Shown piece by piece: positions 52,930 through 64,000 of a stretch of DNA of 64,000 nt. The position numbers were made by a program, and so were the translations under genes. The notes beneath the pieces were generated by a model. The model searched no databases, was not told the DNA's origin, and worked only from the letters and a program-made list of their open reading frames with translations. This DNA comes from Carcharhinus longimanus (Eukaryota). The stretch spans positions 84,703,884 through 84,767,883 of the forward strand of contig JASCQW010000072.1 in the NCBI GenBank assembly GCA_030264375.1. The letters run 5' to 3'. Numbering within the stretch: position 1 is the first letter of the stretch; each line of letters starts with the position of its first letter.

Positions 52930-53270
52930 AAATGAGGTTCGATCTTATTCTGTGCTCAACTAGTTGATTTTAGCTCAAGAGGCAAGTGAAAGAAGCAATA
53001 TAAATTGCCCTGGTACTTTAAAGATACAAAATGCAAAATCAGCTGGGATTCCTATTCCTGGTTTTCAGTCTGGAAAGTGTGGGTGTGATAACTTCAGATG
53101 AGTACAGAATCAAGCTTACTTACAACAACCTGAATCCAATTTAATAGCCTGTCAGATCTACCATCCAAGCTTATAATTCACAGATAAATAATAGGGTACG
53201 AGAGGGTGACCAGCAACCATACGCCTATACTCCACTAAGGAATCAACATGTTTGGTTGGAGAGAAAAGTC
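52930..53270 (+). mobile_element. Ancient SINE-like relic
   Basis: tctgtgctcaactagttgattttagct..aaaatcagctgggattcctattcctg..aatagcctgtc; reverse relic near 59020-59130; family not firmly identified. Confidence 0.35.
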
Positions 53271-53840
53271 TCAGTTTCACCTGGAAAAGTTACGCCTTCT
53301 GGTCCATTGGAGACACAAATATGAATTGAAGTGAAGAATTGAAGCGAAGAAAATGAAAGATAGTTGAAGAAAATAATGTTACCTCATCAATGTAAATCCA
53401 CTGATCTGAGAGCAACCTTTTCCTATCTTCCAGATCAGGGAACTTCCAAGCTTTCAGGCTTTAGGGGATGACCAGAATGGGTGTAGTAGCAAGATGTTTG
53501 AAAGAGATGAGGAAGTCACAGCTTTGGGGATGCAGTTTTGGTATGGATGGTGATTCCCTTTTTGGGATTTATGTGTCTTGCATTTTATGTGTTTTGTTTG
53601 CATGAAGTTCTTAATTTTGGAATCTTGCAATATGCGTATGTCATTTTGGATGTGGAAGCCAGCTTATTTGGAAGCACAATATGACCACCCAATATAAAGA
53701 CAATTATATGCAGAGCTCTAATAAACTACAATTCACAGGAACCACTGTGCAGCAGAACAAGAGAGAAACCGGTTATTGCATGAGAGAGGGTGAGAGGGGG
53801 AGAGATAAGCAATATAACAGACAGACAGACTCTAATATAG

Positions 53841-54093
53841 AACATAGAACATAGAACACTACAGCACAAACAGGCCCTTCGGCCCACAAGTTGCGCCAAT
53901 CACATCAATACCTNNNNNNNNNNNNNNNNNNNNNNNNNNNNNNNNNNNNNNNNNNNNNNNNNNNNNNNNNNNNNNNNNNNNNNNNNNNNNNNNNNNNNNN
54001 NNNNNNNNNNNNNTTAGCTTTAAAAAATCGCTCTACTCACCCACAAGCTCTCCACTCGCAAATCGCTGCCTCTCTTCAGTGCTCCCACGGCCC
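53841..54093 (-). mobile_element. CR1 LINE, probably long or full-length, collapsed into an N-gap
   Basis: 3' tail (atagaac)n plus acagcacaaacaggcccttcggcccacaag; CpG-retaining 5'UTR-like end; AATATAG at 53834-53840 and 54094-54100. Confidence 0.7.
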
Positions 54094-54734
54094 AATATAG
54101 CAAGTCATTGACAATAAACTCAACAGGAACAACTATTTTAACAATGTGGTTACAAAAATTGGGCCTGGTTAGGATACCCTGAGGATTGCCTCACCATCTC
54201 ACTGCTTTGAGACTTTTCTGTATCTAATAGGCTAAAGTCAGACATGTGATAACAAAATAAATATATAAAAAAGGGAACAGGTGCAGAGCAACAAGACTCA
54301 CAATGTTTTTCACCATAGAGGACATGACATTATGCGGATCTTTCACCATTTGTGCATAGCTCCTTCAATACTCACTATCTACTGAGCACACTGCACCAAC
54401 CACACTAATCTTACTTTCATAGTACCTCCCAGCTGTGTAATCTCTACTATCAAGAAGTTCAAGTGCAGCTCCACAATGGGACTACAAGTTCCCTCAAATT
54501 CACTGCACCTAACTCAGACATAATCCTTCATTAATGCCAGGCTAAAATCCTGTAAATCTTTATGATTGTGGAGCACAATCAACATAGGACTGCAACTGTT
54601 CAAGGAGGAGTCCTACCACAGGAATTAGGGATGGGAAACAAAAATGTGTTTGTATCAGTGTTACTGGAAAATGAATAAAAAAGGACTGTAATGATATTCA
54701 TTCAAAGTATGTTACATTTAATATCTACTCTTAC

Positions 54735-54889
54735 CTGAATTGAGAAGCTCTGTTGGCTTTGCTCACATTCCCTCACTAGTGTGTATGTGCAATTTCCAGG
54801 GTAATAATAATAAAGCCCATCAAATGTTTCATAGTTGTATTGGCCCCAAGTTCGACAGATCAAATCACGACTGCTACCTCTATTGGGAA
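54735..54889 (-). CDS. OTOG: Otogelin exon, start of VWD1 (VPNRGSSRDLICRTWGQYNYETFDGLYYYYPGNCTYTLVRECEQSQQSFSIQ)
   Basis: 155 nt, AG/GTAAG, phase 1-0, C..WG..TFDG VWD motif. Confidence 0.95.
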
Positions 54890-56789
54890 CTGAAAAACAG
54901 ATATAAGTTAATTATTTCTTTAAATTTTTATGAAGCATTTTAAATCATTTATGAACAACTTTCATGTCAAACAGATTAAATTCTGTTGATGACCAAGAAT
55001 CCAAAAAAAATGCATTTGCCAATCCATTATGATCCGAGTTTTTATGTATTTCTTCCCAATTTGCATAGCATTCAAACGGACCAAACTGGTTTACAATCAC
55101 TTACACTTCAGGCAAATGCATTATCACTTAAGACCCATCACAAATTAACATTTTGTTGCCTGTGGAACATTTTATGTAAATTGAAATACTTGGGGAGCAA
55201 TTTGCATCACATATTGACGCAAATGTGAAATTTTGTAAGATGGCTATGCTTTAAAACTCTAATTTAAGATGAAATATAATGTCTTGAACTGGGGGCTGAT
55301 GATCAGACTAAAAGCTGATCAGAACAATGCCCATATGCACTGTAACTGAAAACTACAGAAAATCCAGTGACAGTTTTCACACCTTAACACAAAATTGGTT
55401 TTCAAGACACAGAGGACAGAATCTTGTTGAGGTCTCACTTGTCTGCTGGAAAGCTGGTGAGAGACTCACACTACATCTTTTCAGGAAGGCCTGCTGACCC
55501 ACAAGCCAAACAGGCATTGGTGAGGCCAGCAACAGGCCATCCCCAGGAATCAAGACCCTGGGCAGGGGTGGGCAGAGGAGGAGGTTTCACTTCCTGAAGA
55601 TTGCCAGCCAATCGGAGGCTGGCAGTTCTTGTGCTCATCAGTGCCAATGTGGAGGCCATGGCTGCTGCTGGAAGAAAAGGCAAAACCGGAGTCCCTGGAT
55701 CGCAAAGTCACCCAGGCCATAGGTAAATAATGTGGTGGGACATCTATGCAAGCTGGGATCACTTGGAGAGGGTTGTGACATGAAACTAAAGTAGGTTTAC
55801 ATGATCAATAGTTGCATTGTAAAATATTAGAAAGAAAGTATAGATGTAACTGAGTTTAATTTTGTGTTTTGTGTAGGGAAGGGTACAACTCCAGTTAGAT
55901 TCATGTTAAACAAAGTGTTCGAGTTGGGTTTTAGTTTAAAATGTGTTTCTATTGGGTTGAGAGCGGTTTTACAGCAGGAAAGGTAAACTTGAGTTTGAAG
56001 AAATAATGAGACATTACATAGCACCCAGGGACACCATTAGGATAGAACGACTTTTTGAACATGTTTTAAACTAAAATTACAGGCAGCTGGTCACAGAAAA
56101 CCAGAGAGAGCACAGTTCCTAGCTCTGCCAGAAGCTGGAAAGTTATGCAGTGGAGTAATGGGCATGAAAGCAAACTTCAGAAAAGCTAAACAACTAGGAA
56201 CTAGAGGTTTTCTGTAAGTTTGAAGTTAAAGGAACAAAGGGGAACTGCCATTGAAACAGCTTATTGGTCACTGAAACTAAAGACAGAGATGGAAGTGCAA
56301 ACCCAGGGAAACTTGGCTAAGGAAAAGCCAGATACATGAAGCAATCACATATTTGGTATCCTTATTTCCAGCCTTTGAAATCAAAAGCATTCTGTTGGGG
56401 ACTGAATAATTAAATTTTGTGTAGAACTTTGGATGCTGTGGCAATTCAAGACAAAGGAACATTTGAAAGACAGTTCAAAAACCCAGAGGCAGATCATTGC
56501 TAAAACAGCTGAGAGCCTTATTTGCAAGTATAGTTGGAAATCATGAAGGTGGATCCATAATGAAAACAGCTGAGGGAAAGCTTTGGCTGAAAGATTTTAA
56601 ACATTTTTTTTGAGAGCAAGGTTTCAGAAGCACTCATGTGATAATCATCTAGAAGGAATTTGAAGAGAAATCCACAAAAAATTGATTGAGTAGCATTTGC
56701 CATTTGGGTTCAGAGTGAGATGTTGTCTGACCACCACAGCCTGTTGGGTTACAGAATCCCACATCAGTGTTCTCAATAAACACACACAC

Positions 56790-56893
56790 TGGAATTCTCC
56801 GGCCATTCATGCCCTCCTGCCGCTGCCAGAGAGGATGAAGAATTGGGTGCTCAGCCAACTCTCCATTCACCACAGCAGGATGGGAGAATCCCA
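56790..56893. mobile_element. MITE, same family
   Basis: ggaattctcc...gggagaatcccac; core aattgggtgctcagccaactctcc. Confidence 0.55.
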
Positions 56894-57060
56894 CAACAGT
56901 GGGATTGCTTATAATTGGGATTGTTTATATTGCTTATAAATTGTGATTTTTTTTGTAATTAGTTTACTGTAAATAATACCTATATATCTCAAATTTTAGT
57001 TATGAGGCATTATAGATGTAAAAAGTACTATTGGGATTTCATCTTTTATCAAATATATAC

Positions 57061-57159
57061 CTGTTTGGCACCGTGTTCCATTTGCCTCAAACTCAGTACA
57101 GTCACACTGGTTCACATTTACACATATTCCTGCATTGAGACATGGGAGCAAGCATTGAG
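57061..57159 (-). CDS. OTOG: Otogelin exon, EGF-like domain (QCLLPCLNAGICVNVNQCDCTEFEANGTRCQT)
   Basis: 99 nt, AG/GT bounded, phase 1-1, six-Cys EGF pattern, joins next exon in frame. Confidence 0.92.
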
Positions 57160-57624
57160 CTGAAAGAAACAAATTGGCCAGATTTAGTCAATGACGTAAA
57201 AATGATAGTGACACACCTTACTAAAATGACACAAAGCAAGAATATATTGTAATACAGTATACTAAGGCCTGGAAGAGCAAGAGCTGCTTTAAATACTTAA
57301 ATTCATTTCCTTTAGATATTTAGAGGGTATAATTAAGGTTACAGTTTTAATAAGTATTATTCAACGTGTACTAAATGTTTAATTTCATGAGAGGTCTGAC
57401 ACAGACATGTTTATTGCTATATACATTACTTTGTGTGTGTTTATGACCTTGGTTATGTTTGACCCTGAGGAGCTTCCTACTTCATCTCTGTAATATAGAC
57501 AACATTCCACATCTGTAACATCATTTGATTTTGCTATCCATGCAACCGATGTCCTGCTGAAATTCTCATTCATTCTTTCTGTTGCTGTAATTGTGAGTCC
57601 CCCCTGACTTGACTATTTTAATCA

Positions 57625-57730
57625 CAACAAATACAGAGAATGCTGGAAAATTTCAGTAGGTCTGACAGCATCTGTGGGGAAAGAATAGAGCCAATGTTTC
57701 GAAGCCAGATGTCCCTTCATCAGAGCTGGA
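57625..57730 (-). mobile_element. Penelope-like terminal fragment with hammerhead-like core
   Basis: Minus strand agctCTGATGAagggacatctggcttcGAAAcattggct..cacagatgctgtcagacctactgaaattttccagcattctctg. Confidence 0.7.
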
Positions 57731-57734
57731 TACT

Positions 57735-58230
57735 TTAATGCTCTGCTGGCCAGCCTCTCATCCTCTACCCATCATAGAAGTCTGTTTACTTATAACCTTC
57801 CTATCCCTAGTCTATTCTCCACCATGTTCCATTTATACACTAACCCATTCTCACTGATCTAGTTTGACTCACTGTACCCCAACATTTCAAATGTAAGACG
57901 TTCATCCTTATAGGCTTAAATCCTTTCGTCACTTTGCCCCTCCCTTTCTATGTAACATTCTTTATCGCTACCCTGCCACCACAGCCTACCCACCCCGTAA
58001 AAAACAGTGCACTGTGTCTAGTCTCTTATGCGTCCATGTTCCTTCATGAACCATTGGTGGACATCTATTTGGTGCCCTTTGCCCACGCTCTAGGTATTTC
58101 CACCAAAATTGCTGCACTTTTTCACTTCACTCTCTTCCTTTAAGATCGTCCCTTAAATCTGTTTATTTAACTAAGTTTTTAGCTGCTCCTCCTAATATCC
58201 CTTTTGAATTTTTAGGTGGATGTAAGCTAT
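57735..58230 (+). mobile_element. L2-type LINE 3' portion, old
   Basis: aatgctctgctggccagcctctcatcctctacc..aaatcctttcgtcactttgcccctccct..ttcctttaagatcgtcccttaaatc. Confidence 0.55.
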
Positions 58231-59889
58231 CGCTGTGTGGATATACTGTTATTCTAATGGAGCCAAACAAGATCTTCATACAGGAGTCACTAAAACATTA
58301 AATAAATGAAAGATAGACAGAATACACTATGGCTGAAATCTTCCATCTTTTCTTGTGGTTGCAAGTATCCAGGGCTGCTGAAAGTGAATGGAGCTTTGGC
58401 TGGAACATCAAATTTTTTGTTCTCACTTGCAACAGCTCTCACCAAAGATGAGACTAGAGAATCCCGCCCTACATCATTAATACATCATGATTTAGATTTT
58501 CAGCTACTTTCAATGATGAAAGCTATCTTAGAAACCTAGAAAACAGTTAATAATTGTTACCATAATAAGAAAGATGACAGGTTTGAACATTTAAAAAATC
58601 AGCTGGAAGTTTAAATTAAATCATTATTAATCAAGAGTAGAATTTAAACAAGGCAGGTTAACATTTATTTTAGTTCTAGACAACGGTTTCAGCAAATGCA
58701 TTGTTCTCTGAGTACAATGTGAATTATTATGCTGATGTAAAATGGCCAAGTTCTGACCCCCAGCAGCTGTGTTGTATTCAGAATCACTGAGCCATTGAAT
58801 CACTTCTTATGTCGTGGCAATTCAATTCCCACAGATGGTGCTTTGAAATTACTACTAACTACTAAGGTACATCCTGAAAAGCAGTACAGAGGAGGGTAAT
58901 GATATTTGTAATATATAAAACACAGTGCTGTTTAAATTGCACTTAACATGGCTTTCAGACTTCTGACATACTACCAAACAATATCCTCTGTTTATTGAAC
59001 AAATCTATTCTATTTGCCTATGATCAGAAGTGGAAACCTAGGCAGTTCTGACCTTTCCCTAATATATCAATTGTACTATATGAACTATTCTCCTGTCTGA
59101 AATCAGTTAATTTAGTACAGACCTGGGACCTTTATCTCAGAACTTTATCTGTTAGGACATTGGAAATCACTGTAGCTATCGAATCTAAGAATGAGACAGC
59201 ACAGAAGGAGATCATTTGGCCCATCACATCTGGGCTGAGTCTTCAAAAGAGCTACCCAATTCCACTCCCTACATACCATTATCAGGAACATAAAATATTT
59301 ATTAATAAGGAAAAACTATACAGGACCAAGCAGCCTCAATGGCTGCCCAAGTCTCTACATGTCTTCTACGAGTCTTCTGCCTAACAGAGGATTCCAACCC
59401 CTTGACTGATCACCTGAACTTAGTCTCAATTGGTCTTAAAGGGACAATCATCACAATCACCACATCACTCCCCTTTAAATCCTTTATGCAATCATCAATA
59501 ACTCAGATACTCAGTCCTAAAGTCTAACTAAAAGTTGTACACAAGAGTTGGACAATTATAAATTGAGTCCTTATCGGGGTTTTCTTTCTCCTGTAAAACT
59601 GTGTCATTCTGTAGTCTGAGATGTTTCCACAGGATCAACATTAATAGGGAACTCATGTCTCCTGCAACTTTCCTGGCAGTGGGGTGACCCTAGAACAGGA
59701 AACCCTGTTGACATCAGGGGACTAGAAGATTCCATTGCCGGCCAATAGCGGGCCACCTCCACCACTGCAAAACATTCTGTGGGGCTTGCGGAAAATCCTG
59801 CCCATTGTCTTTCAGACTGCTTACAAATATGCAGCAGTGACCCCAGTTGATGATATGAGCACCACTGCTCTTTTTACTTAGGATTAAAT

Positions 59890-60400
59890 TCACAAGATGA
59901 AATTTGCAGATGATGTGAAATTCTAAATGATGAAGAAATAGCCACGTACATGAGGAGGCCATATACTGATGCAAAAGGTAGACACAGGGCAGTTGAAATT
60001 TAATAGAGAAGTGTGTGGTTACATATTTTGGTAAAAAGAATGAGCAAAGCAAAATAAAAAAAGTTACAATTTTACAGTAAGTGAAAGAACAGGGATCTTT
60101 GAAGGTGGCAGAACAAGTTGAGGAATCTGTTTAAACAAAAAAGCATGCAGGGTCATTGGCTTTATAAGATGAAGTACACAAAAGAAAGTAAGTTATCCTG
60201 AACCTTAATAAATCACAGGCTAGGCCACCAGTGGAGTCTTGTGCCTGGTTCTAGAAGAATGTCAGAAGAGATTTACTAAAATGGTATCAGGGATGTGGGA
60301 TTTCAGTTATTTGGAAAGACAGGAGCAGCTGAATTATTTCTGCCTAGAGAAGAGGGGATTTAATATAAGTGTTCTAAATCATGGAAAGGTTTGGACACAG
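59890..60400 (+). mobile_element. CR1 ORF2 relic
   Basis: KFADD (aaatttgcagatgat), .QLKFNREKC..HFGKKN, QKRFTKMVSGMWDFSYLERQEQL..FCLEKR. Confidence 0.8.
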
Positions 60401-60599
60401 CAGAAGAGGGTCACTTGGCTTGAGAGACCAATTGGGACTGAGAGTAGGTAATCACCCCAGGGGATGAAGTCCCCTTTTAAGCAGAAGACAGGTAGGGACA
60501 AGGAGTCAATTATGTGAAGTGCAAAATAATCCATAAAAATATCAGCTTTAAAGGTAAAATTGTATATCGAGATTTCCGGATTTGGAACTGATCTACAGA

Positions 60600-61155
60600 T
60601 TTGATTTGATTTGATTTATTATTATCACATGGGAGGCACGATAGCACTGTGGTTAGCACTGCTGCTTCATAGGTCCAAGGACCTGGATCCGATTCCTGGC
60701 TTGGGTCATTGTCTGTGTGGAGGATACACGTTCTCCCTGTGTCTGCGTGGGTTTCCTCCGGGTGCTCCAATTTCCTCCCACAGTCCAAAGATGTGTGGAT
60801 TAGGCTGATTGGCCATGCTAAATTGCCCCTTAGTGTTCCAGGATGTGTAGGTTAGAGGGATTAATGCGTAAATAGGTAGGAATATGGGGATAAGGCCTGG
60901 GTGGAATTGTGGTTGTTGCAGACTCAATGGGCTGAATGGCCTTTTTCTGAACTGTAGGGCTTCTATGATTCTATGATTCTATCACATGTATTAGTATACA
61001 GTGAAAAGTATTGTTTCTTGCACGCTATACTGTACATAGAGAAGGAAAGAAGTTGCAGAATGTAGTGTTACACTTATAGCTAGAGAAAGGTCAATTTAAT
61101 ATAAGATCAGTCCATTCAAAGAGTCTGATGGCAGCAGGGAAGAAACTATTTCTTG
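60600..61155 (-). mobile_element. LINE 3' end with (CAAAT)n tail (Rex1/Babar-like), interrupted by a SINE
   Basis: (ttgat)n-ttattatcacatg..tattagtatacagtgaaaagtattg..agtctgatggcagcagggaagaaactattt. Confidence 0.6.
60632..60979 (+). mobile_element. Full-length HE1-type V-SINE with TSD
   Basis: Head ggaggcacgatagcactgtggttagc, V core, CR1-like tail (ttctatga)n; TATCACATG at 60623-60631 and 60980-60988. Confidence 0.9.
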
Positions 61156-61958
61156 TTACTGCCTCTTCTTCAGTTTGTAAATGATTAAAGAGAAGTTTGC
61201 TGTAAACATGTATTCAAATGGCCACATCCACACTCAAACTTTTAATTTTCACTTCCATCTTTTGCCCTCAGCTTATTTTTAGATGGATTCTAAACTGAGT
61301 GGCCAGCCGATCAGCTATGGCAAAGAAGAAACACAAGAAAATTCAAATGATCATCAGTATTTCATATCGTGTATTTTTCCAGGATAGGTGGCTATTGTAG
61401 ACCAGACCATCTGTTGCTATAAAATGTGGGTTACTTTTCATTGTGGAAGTCTCTAAAAAGAGCTTGAGCTATTGTTCTATGAACTTCAGAGATGGAAGAC
61501 GGTAAAAAAACAGTTGCCAATTTGCTACAAGCCTGTTTCACACAGTTGTTTTTTATAAACTGCTGTTTCTTTACTGGTCTCAAATTTTGTAGAACTTTCC
61601 CACTATTCTCCACAAATATACAAATGCATAGAAATTACAACATTGATCATTCAGCCCAACACTCAGTCTGTGTTACCATTTGCTCTCAATGCAGACAAAT
61701 AGTTCAAATAGTTAAATCCCTTTGCTCACCAACCTATCTTGTCTTGAATAAGTAACAAATTATTCTACTGTACCTAGTGTGAGTCCCAAGTGTATAAACT
61801 CTCTGGCACTGCCTTCACACCTCTTGGACGTACATACATGGAGTCAGATCAATTTAGTTAAAAACTCCAGTGTTCAGATGAACAGCTATATACACAACTT
61901 TATTTTGTCTAGTGTCAATATAGAAATTTAAGCAAATAATTTTACGATCCTTACTTAC

Positions 61959-62046
61959 TTGCTGATGCCCCAAATAAAGGTCCTGATCTCCGTGCAATAG
62001 CTGTGGTTCCAAAGAGAGGAGAGGGTATGGCAGATGACTGTAATGT
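61959..62046 (-). CDS. Candidate upstream otogelin exon (low-conservation N-terminal region)
   Basis: 88 nt between ctttatttAG and GTAAGT; open in two frames; a phase 0-1 reading (TLQSSAIPSPLFGTTAIARRSGPLFGASA) fits the EGF exon; no recognisable homology. Confidence 0.4.
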
Positions 62047-63204
62047 CTAAATAAAGTGTAAAAGTTCAACAGCAAGTTAAAGCTAATTTCCAAAAATCAA
62101 AACACTTATAAATCTATGACAACTAATGCCATCCTAAGATCATTAACTTATATAAAAAAAAACAGTATATTTGAACTTTGTCACAAGACCTTACAGCCAA
62201 CTTTTATGTAATGGGGGGAGGGGGAGTGTTGCTGGGTGCTCATTAGACTNNNNAAGCAGTCTGCTTGACATTGACTTGCCCGAACCTCCCACCACTGCAA
62301 TTATGCCAGTGGTAGGGTTGGGAGAGGTGTCAACAGCCTGCTCAGCAGTGGGCCAATTGAAACTCTTAACTTGGCAATGAATTCCAACTTAAAGGGCTCA
62401 TTTTGCTTCTGCTGGGATTTGACCAGCATTGGGAGAGGTCCATGTGGGCTGGTGGCAGGCAGGGACTGGATCTCTCCTTAACAGGCTGTTTGGGCCCATC
62501 AGAGGGTTTCTCCCCAGGTTGCCTTCCCCACAATAGCCTCTCAAATCCCAACCCTCCCTAGTTACCTAGTATCCTCGTTCCCTTCGCTGGCACATGTCAG
62601 CTTTGGACCAGGCAAGACCGCAAGCACTTAATCAAATCCCTATACAGGTATGTCTCAGTCCTGAAGTGCTGGGGAGTTGCTGGCCTCTGACTGGCTGGCA
62701 ACTCTTTGAGGCGGAACTTCTCGTTCATCAGGTGTGAAAATTCTATTCCCAGCCATGTTAACTAGTTTCAGGCAAACAGTATTCCCCATGGTAGGTTCCC
62801 CTCCTTAATATTTTATTGAAGATAGGGGTCAGCAAGATACAGTGCCTTATATAATTCAGCCCAATATTATGGCCACTGCTATATAAAATATTTGCTTAGT
62901 CTTTATTTTTGTAAATTTCACGATAGCCTAAAGACTATGAAAACAAAATCTCTACAAATTCCTACCTAAGTAACAATTTACCTAGTGTGCATAAACTATG
63001 ATCAAAAATTAAAATGTGCAAATTTGCTCCTAAATTCAGTAGCGAAAATTTAATCCCATACAAATTTCTGAGTTTGAAATATTTTTTACACTACTATATA
63101 AAAAGATCTGATATACTTCAAACATTTTGAGAGGTTAACTAAAATACATAAGGCATTTAACATTTTCAACATTTTAACAAAGTCTCTTTTGCAATAATTA
63201 GAGA

Positions 63205-63495
63205 CATAGAATCACTGCAGTGCAGAAGAAAGCCATTCGGTCCATTGAAAAATCCCACCCATTCCCATAGCCTCACGTATTTACCCTACTAACCCCCTGA
63301 CACTAAGGATCAATTTAGCATGGCCAATCAATTCAACCTGCATATCTTTGGACTGTGCAAGGAAACCGGAGCACCCGAAGAAAACTCACGCAAATGGAGA
63401 GAGACTGTGCAAACTCCACACAGACAGTCACCGAAGCCAGAATTGAAGCCAACTCCCTGGTGCTGTAAGGCAGCAGTGCTAACTACTGTGCCATC
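63205..63495 (-). mobile_element. HE1-type V-SINE
   Basis: catagaatcactgcagtgcagaagaaagccattcgg..ggaaaccggagcacccg..gcagcagtgctaactactgtgcca. Confidence 0.85.
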
Positions 63496-63869
63496 TTAAA
63501 AGGCACTTTGTAAAAAGTATGATCAATAAAACCATATTTTGTATAATATGAACAAAAACAGAAAGAAAGTGAAACCTTAGACAAAAAAAATGTGTAGACA
63601 GTAGAGACTAGAAATTACTACTGGCATTATTAGACTATACATTATTCATCTGGCAATTACCTGTCTATTATTTTAACTGAGTTATATCCCTAAATTCTGA
63701 TTTTTCTCCATTGGTTTCTAGCTGAACTTACCGCCTTAATTTCAGGTAATCTCAGCTGATAATACATCAGTAACAGTATCCTCTTCCGGATACATTTAGA
63801 GAAGAGCTTCTAGAACATTACTAATTTATGGCCTTTACAAAAAAGTACTTTTGAAGTTCACTCTATTGG

Positions 63870-64000
63870 CATAGAATCACAGAATTCAGAGAATAATTAT
63901 TGACGCACAGAAGGAGAACATTTAGCCAATCGTGTCTGCACTGACTCTCCAAATGAGCAATTCGCCCAGTGCCGTTCTTCTGCTTTCTCCTCATAACAGT
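63870..64000 (-). mobile_element. CR1-type 3' end, runs off the window
   Basis: catagaatcacagaat..gcacagaaggagaacatttagccaatcgtgtctgcactgactctcc. Confidence 0.6.

Larger units (their letters stand above)
6139..57159 (-). other. OTOG: Otogelin gene span, partial (19 reconstructed coding exons; continues beyond window start, 5' end not identified)
   Basis: Spliced exons join in frame (2458 nt) into an EGF/VWD/C8/TIL/E chain. Motifs [15 protein letters not shown]..[14 protein letters not shown]..SGxFT, GACxQSVSV, YDREGxRLYxQVD..WxEDTxGLCGTFN and VHNDPxCxSSPYxCxRxVSLFF match recalled OTOG better than recalled OTOGL. Confidence 0.88.

Noticed and set aside
55775-56990. LTR-like segment beginning TGTGACA (similar impression at about 47285-48400)
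   Set aside because: Could not define a CA end, TSD or partner LTR
63732-63809. Candidate upstream exon with a strong GTAAGT donor (KLFSKCIRKRILLLMYYQLRLPEIKA)
   Set aside because: Poor polypyrimidine tract, no homology and no signal peptide; unsupported
1-64000. CRISPR array, operon or novel multi-gene system
   Set aside because: Eukaryotic intron-rich locus; repeats are dispersed transposons, not regularly spaced repeat-spacer units

Overview
Vertebrate genomic DNA, almost certainly from a shark/elasmobranch (HE1-type V-SINEs, CR1/L2 LINE debris, Penelope-like ends, PIF/Harbinger derivatives), with about ten 100-N scaffold gaps. The window is the 5'/middle part of one large minus-strand gene, otogelin (OTOG; OTOGL is the less likely paralog call). 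I reconstructed 19 consecutive GT-AG exons by hand (57159 down to 6139; 2458 nt, about 819 codons, all phases compatible, no stops). They encode EGF-VWD1-C8-TIL-E-VWD2-C8-TIL-E-TIL. The gene continues beyond position 1, and its start codon was not found. Introns are packed with mobile-element remnants. Most notable observations: (i) an intact minimal hammerhead-ribozyme motif in a Penelope-like terminus, sense to the OTOG pre-mRNA, plus decayed relatives; (ii) joint loss of a predicted disulfide pair in an otogelin E module, alongside Cys residues and a CGLC motif that mammalian OTOG appears to lack; (iii) a V-SINE head carrying two different 3' tails; (iv) several nested insertions with readable target-site duplications; (v) a head-to-head SINE pair next to an exon. 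I see no evidence for a new multi-gene system, and nearly all supplied ORFs are spurious. All family and ortholog calls rest on recalled motifs, not database searches.
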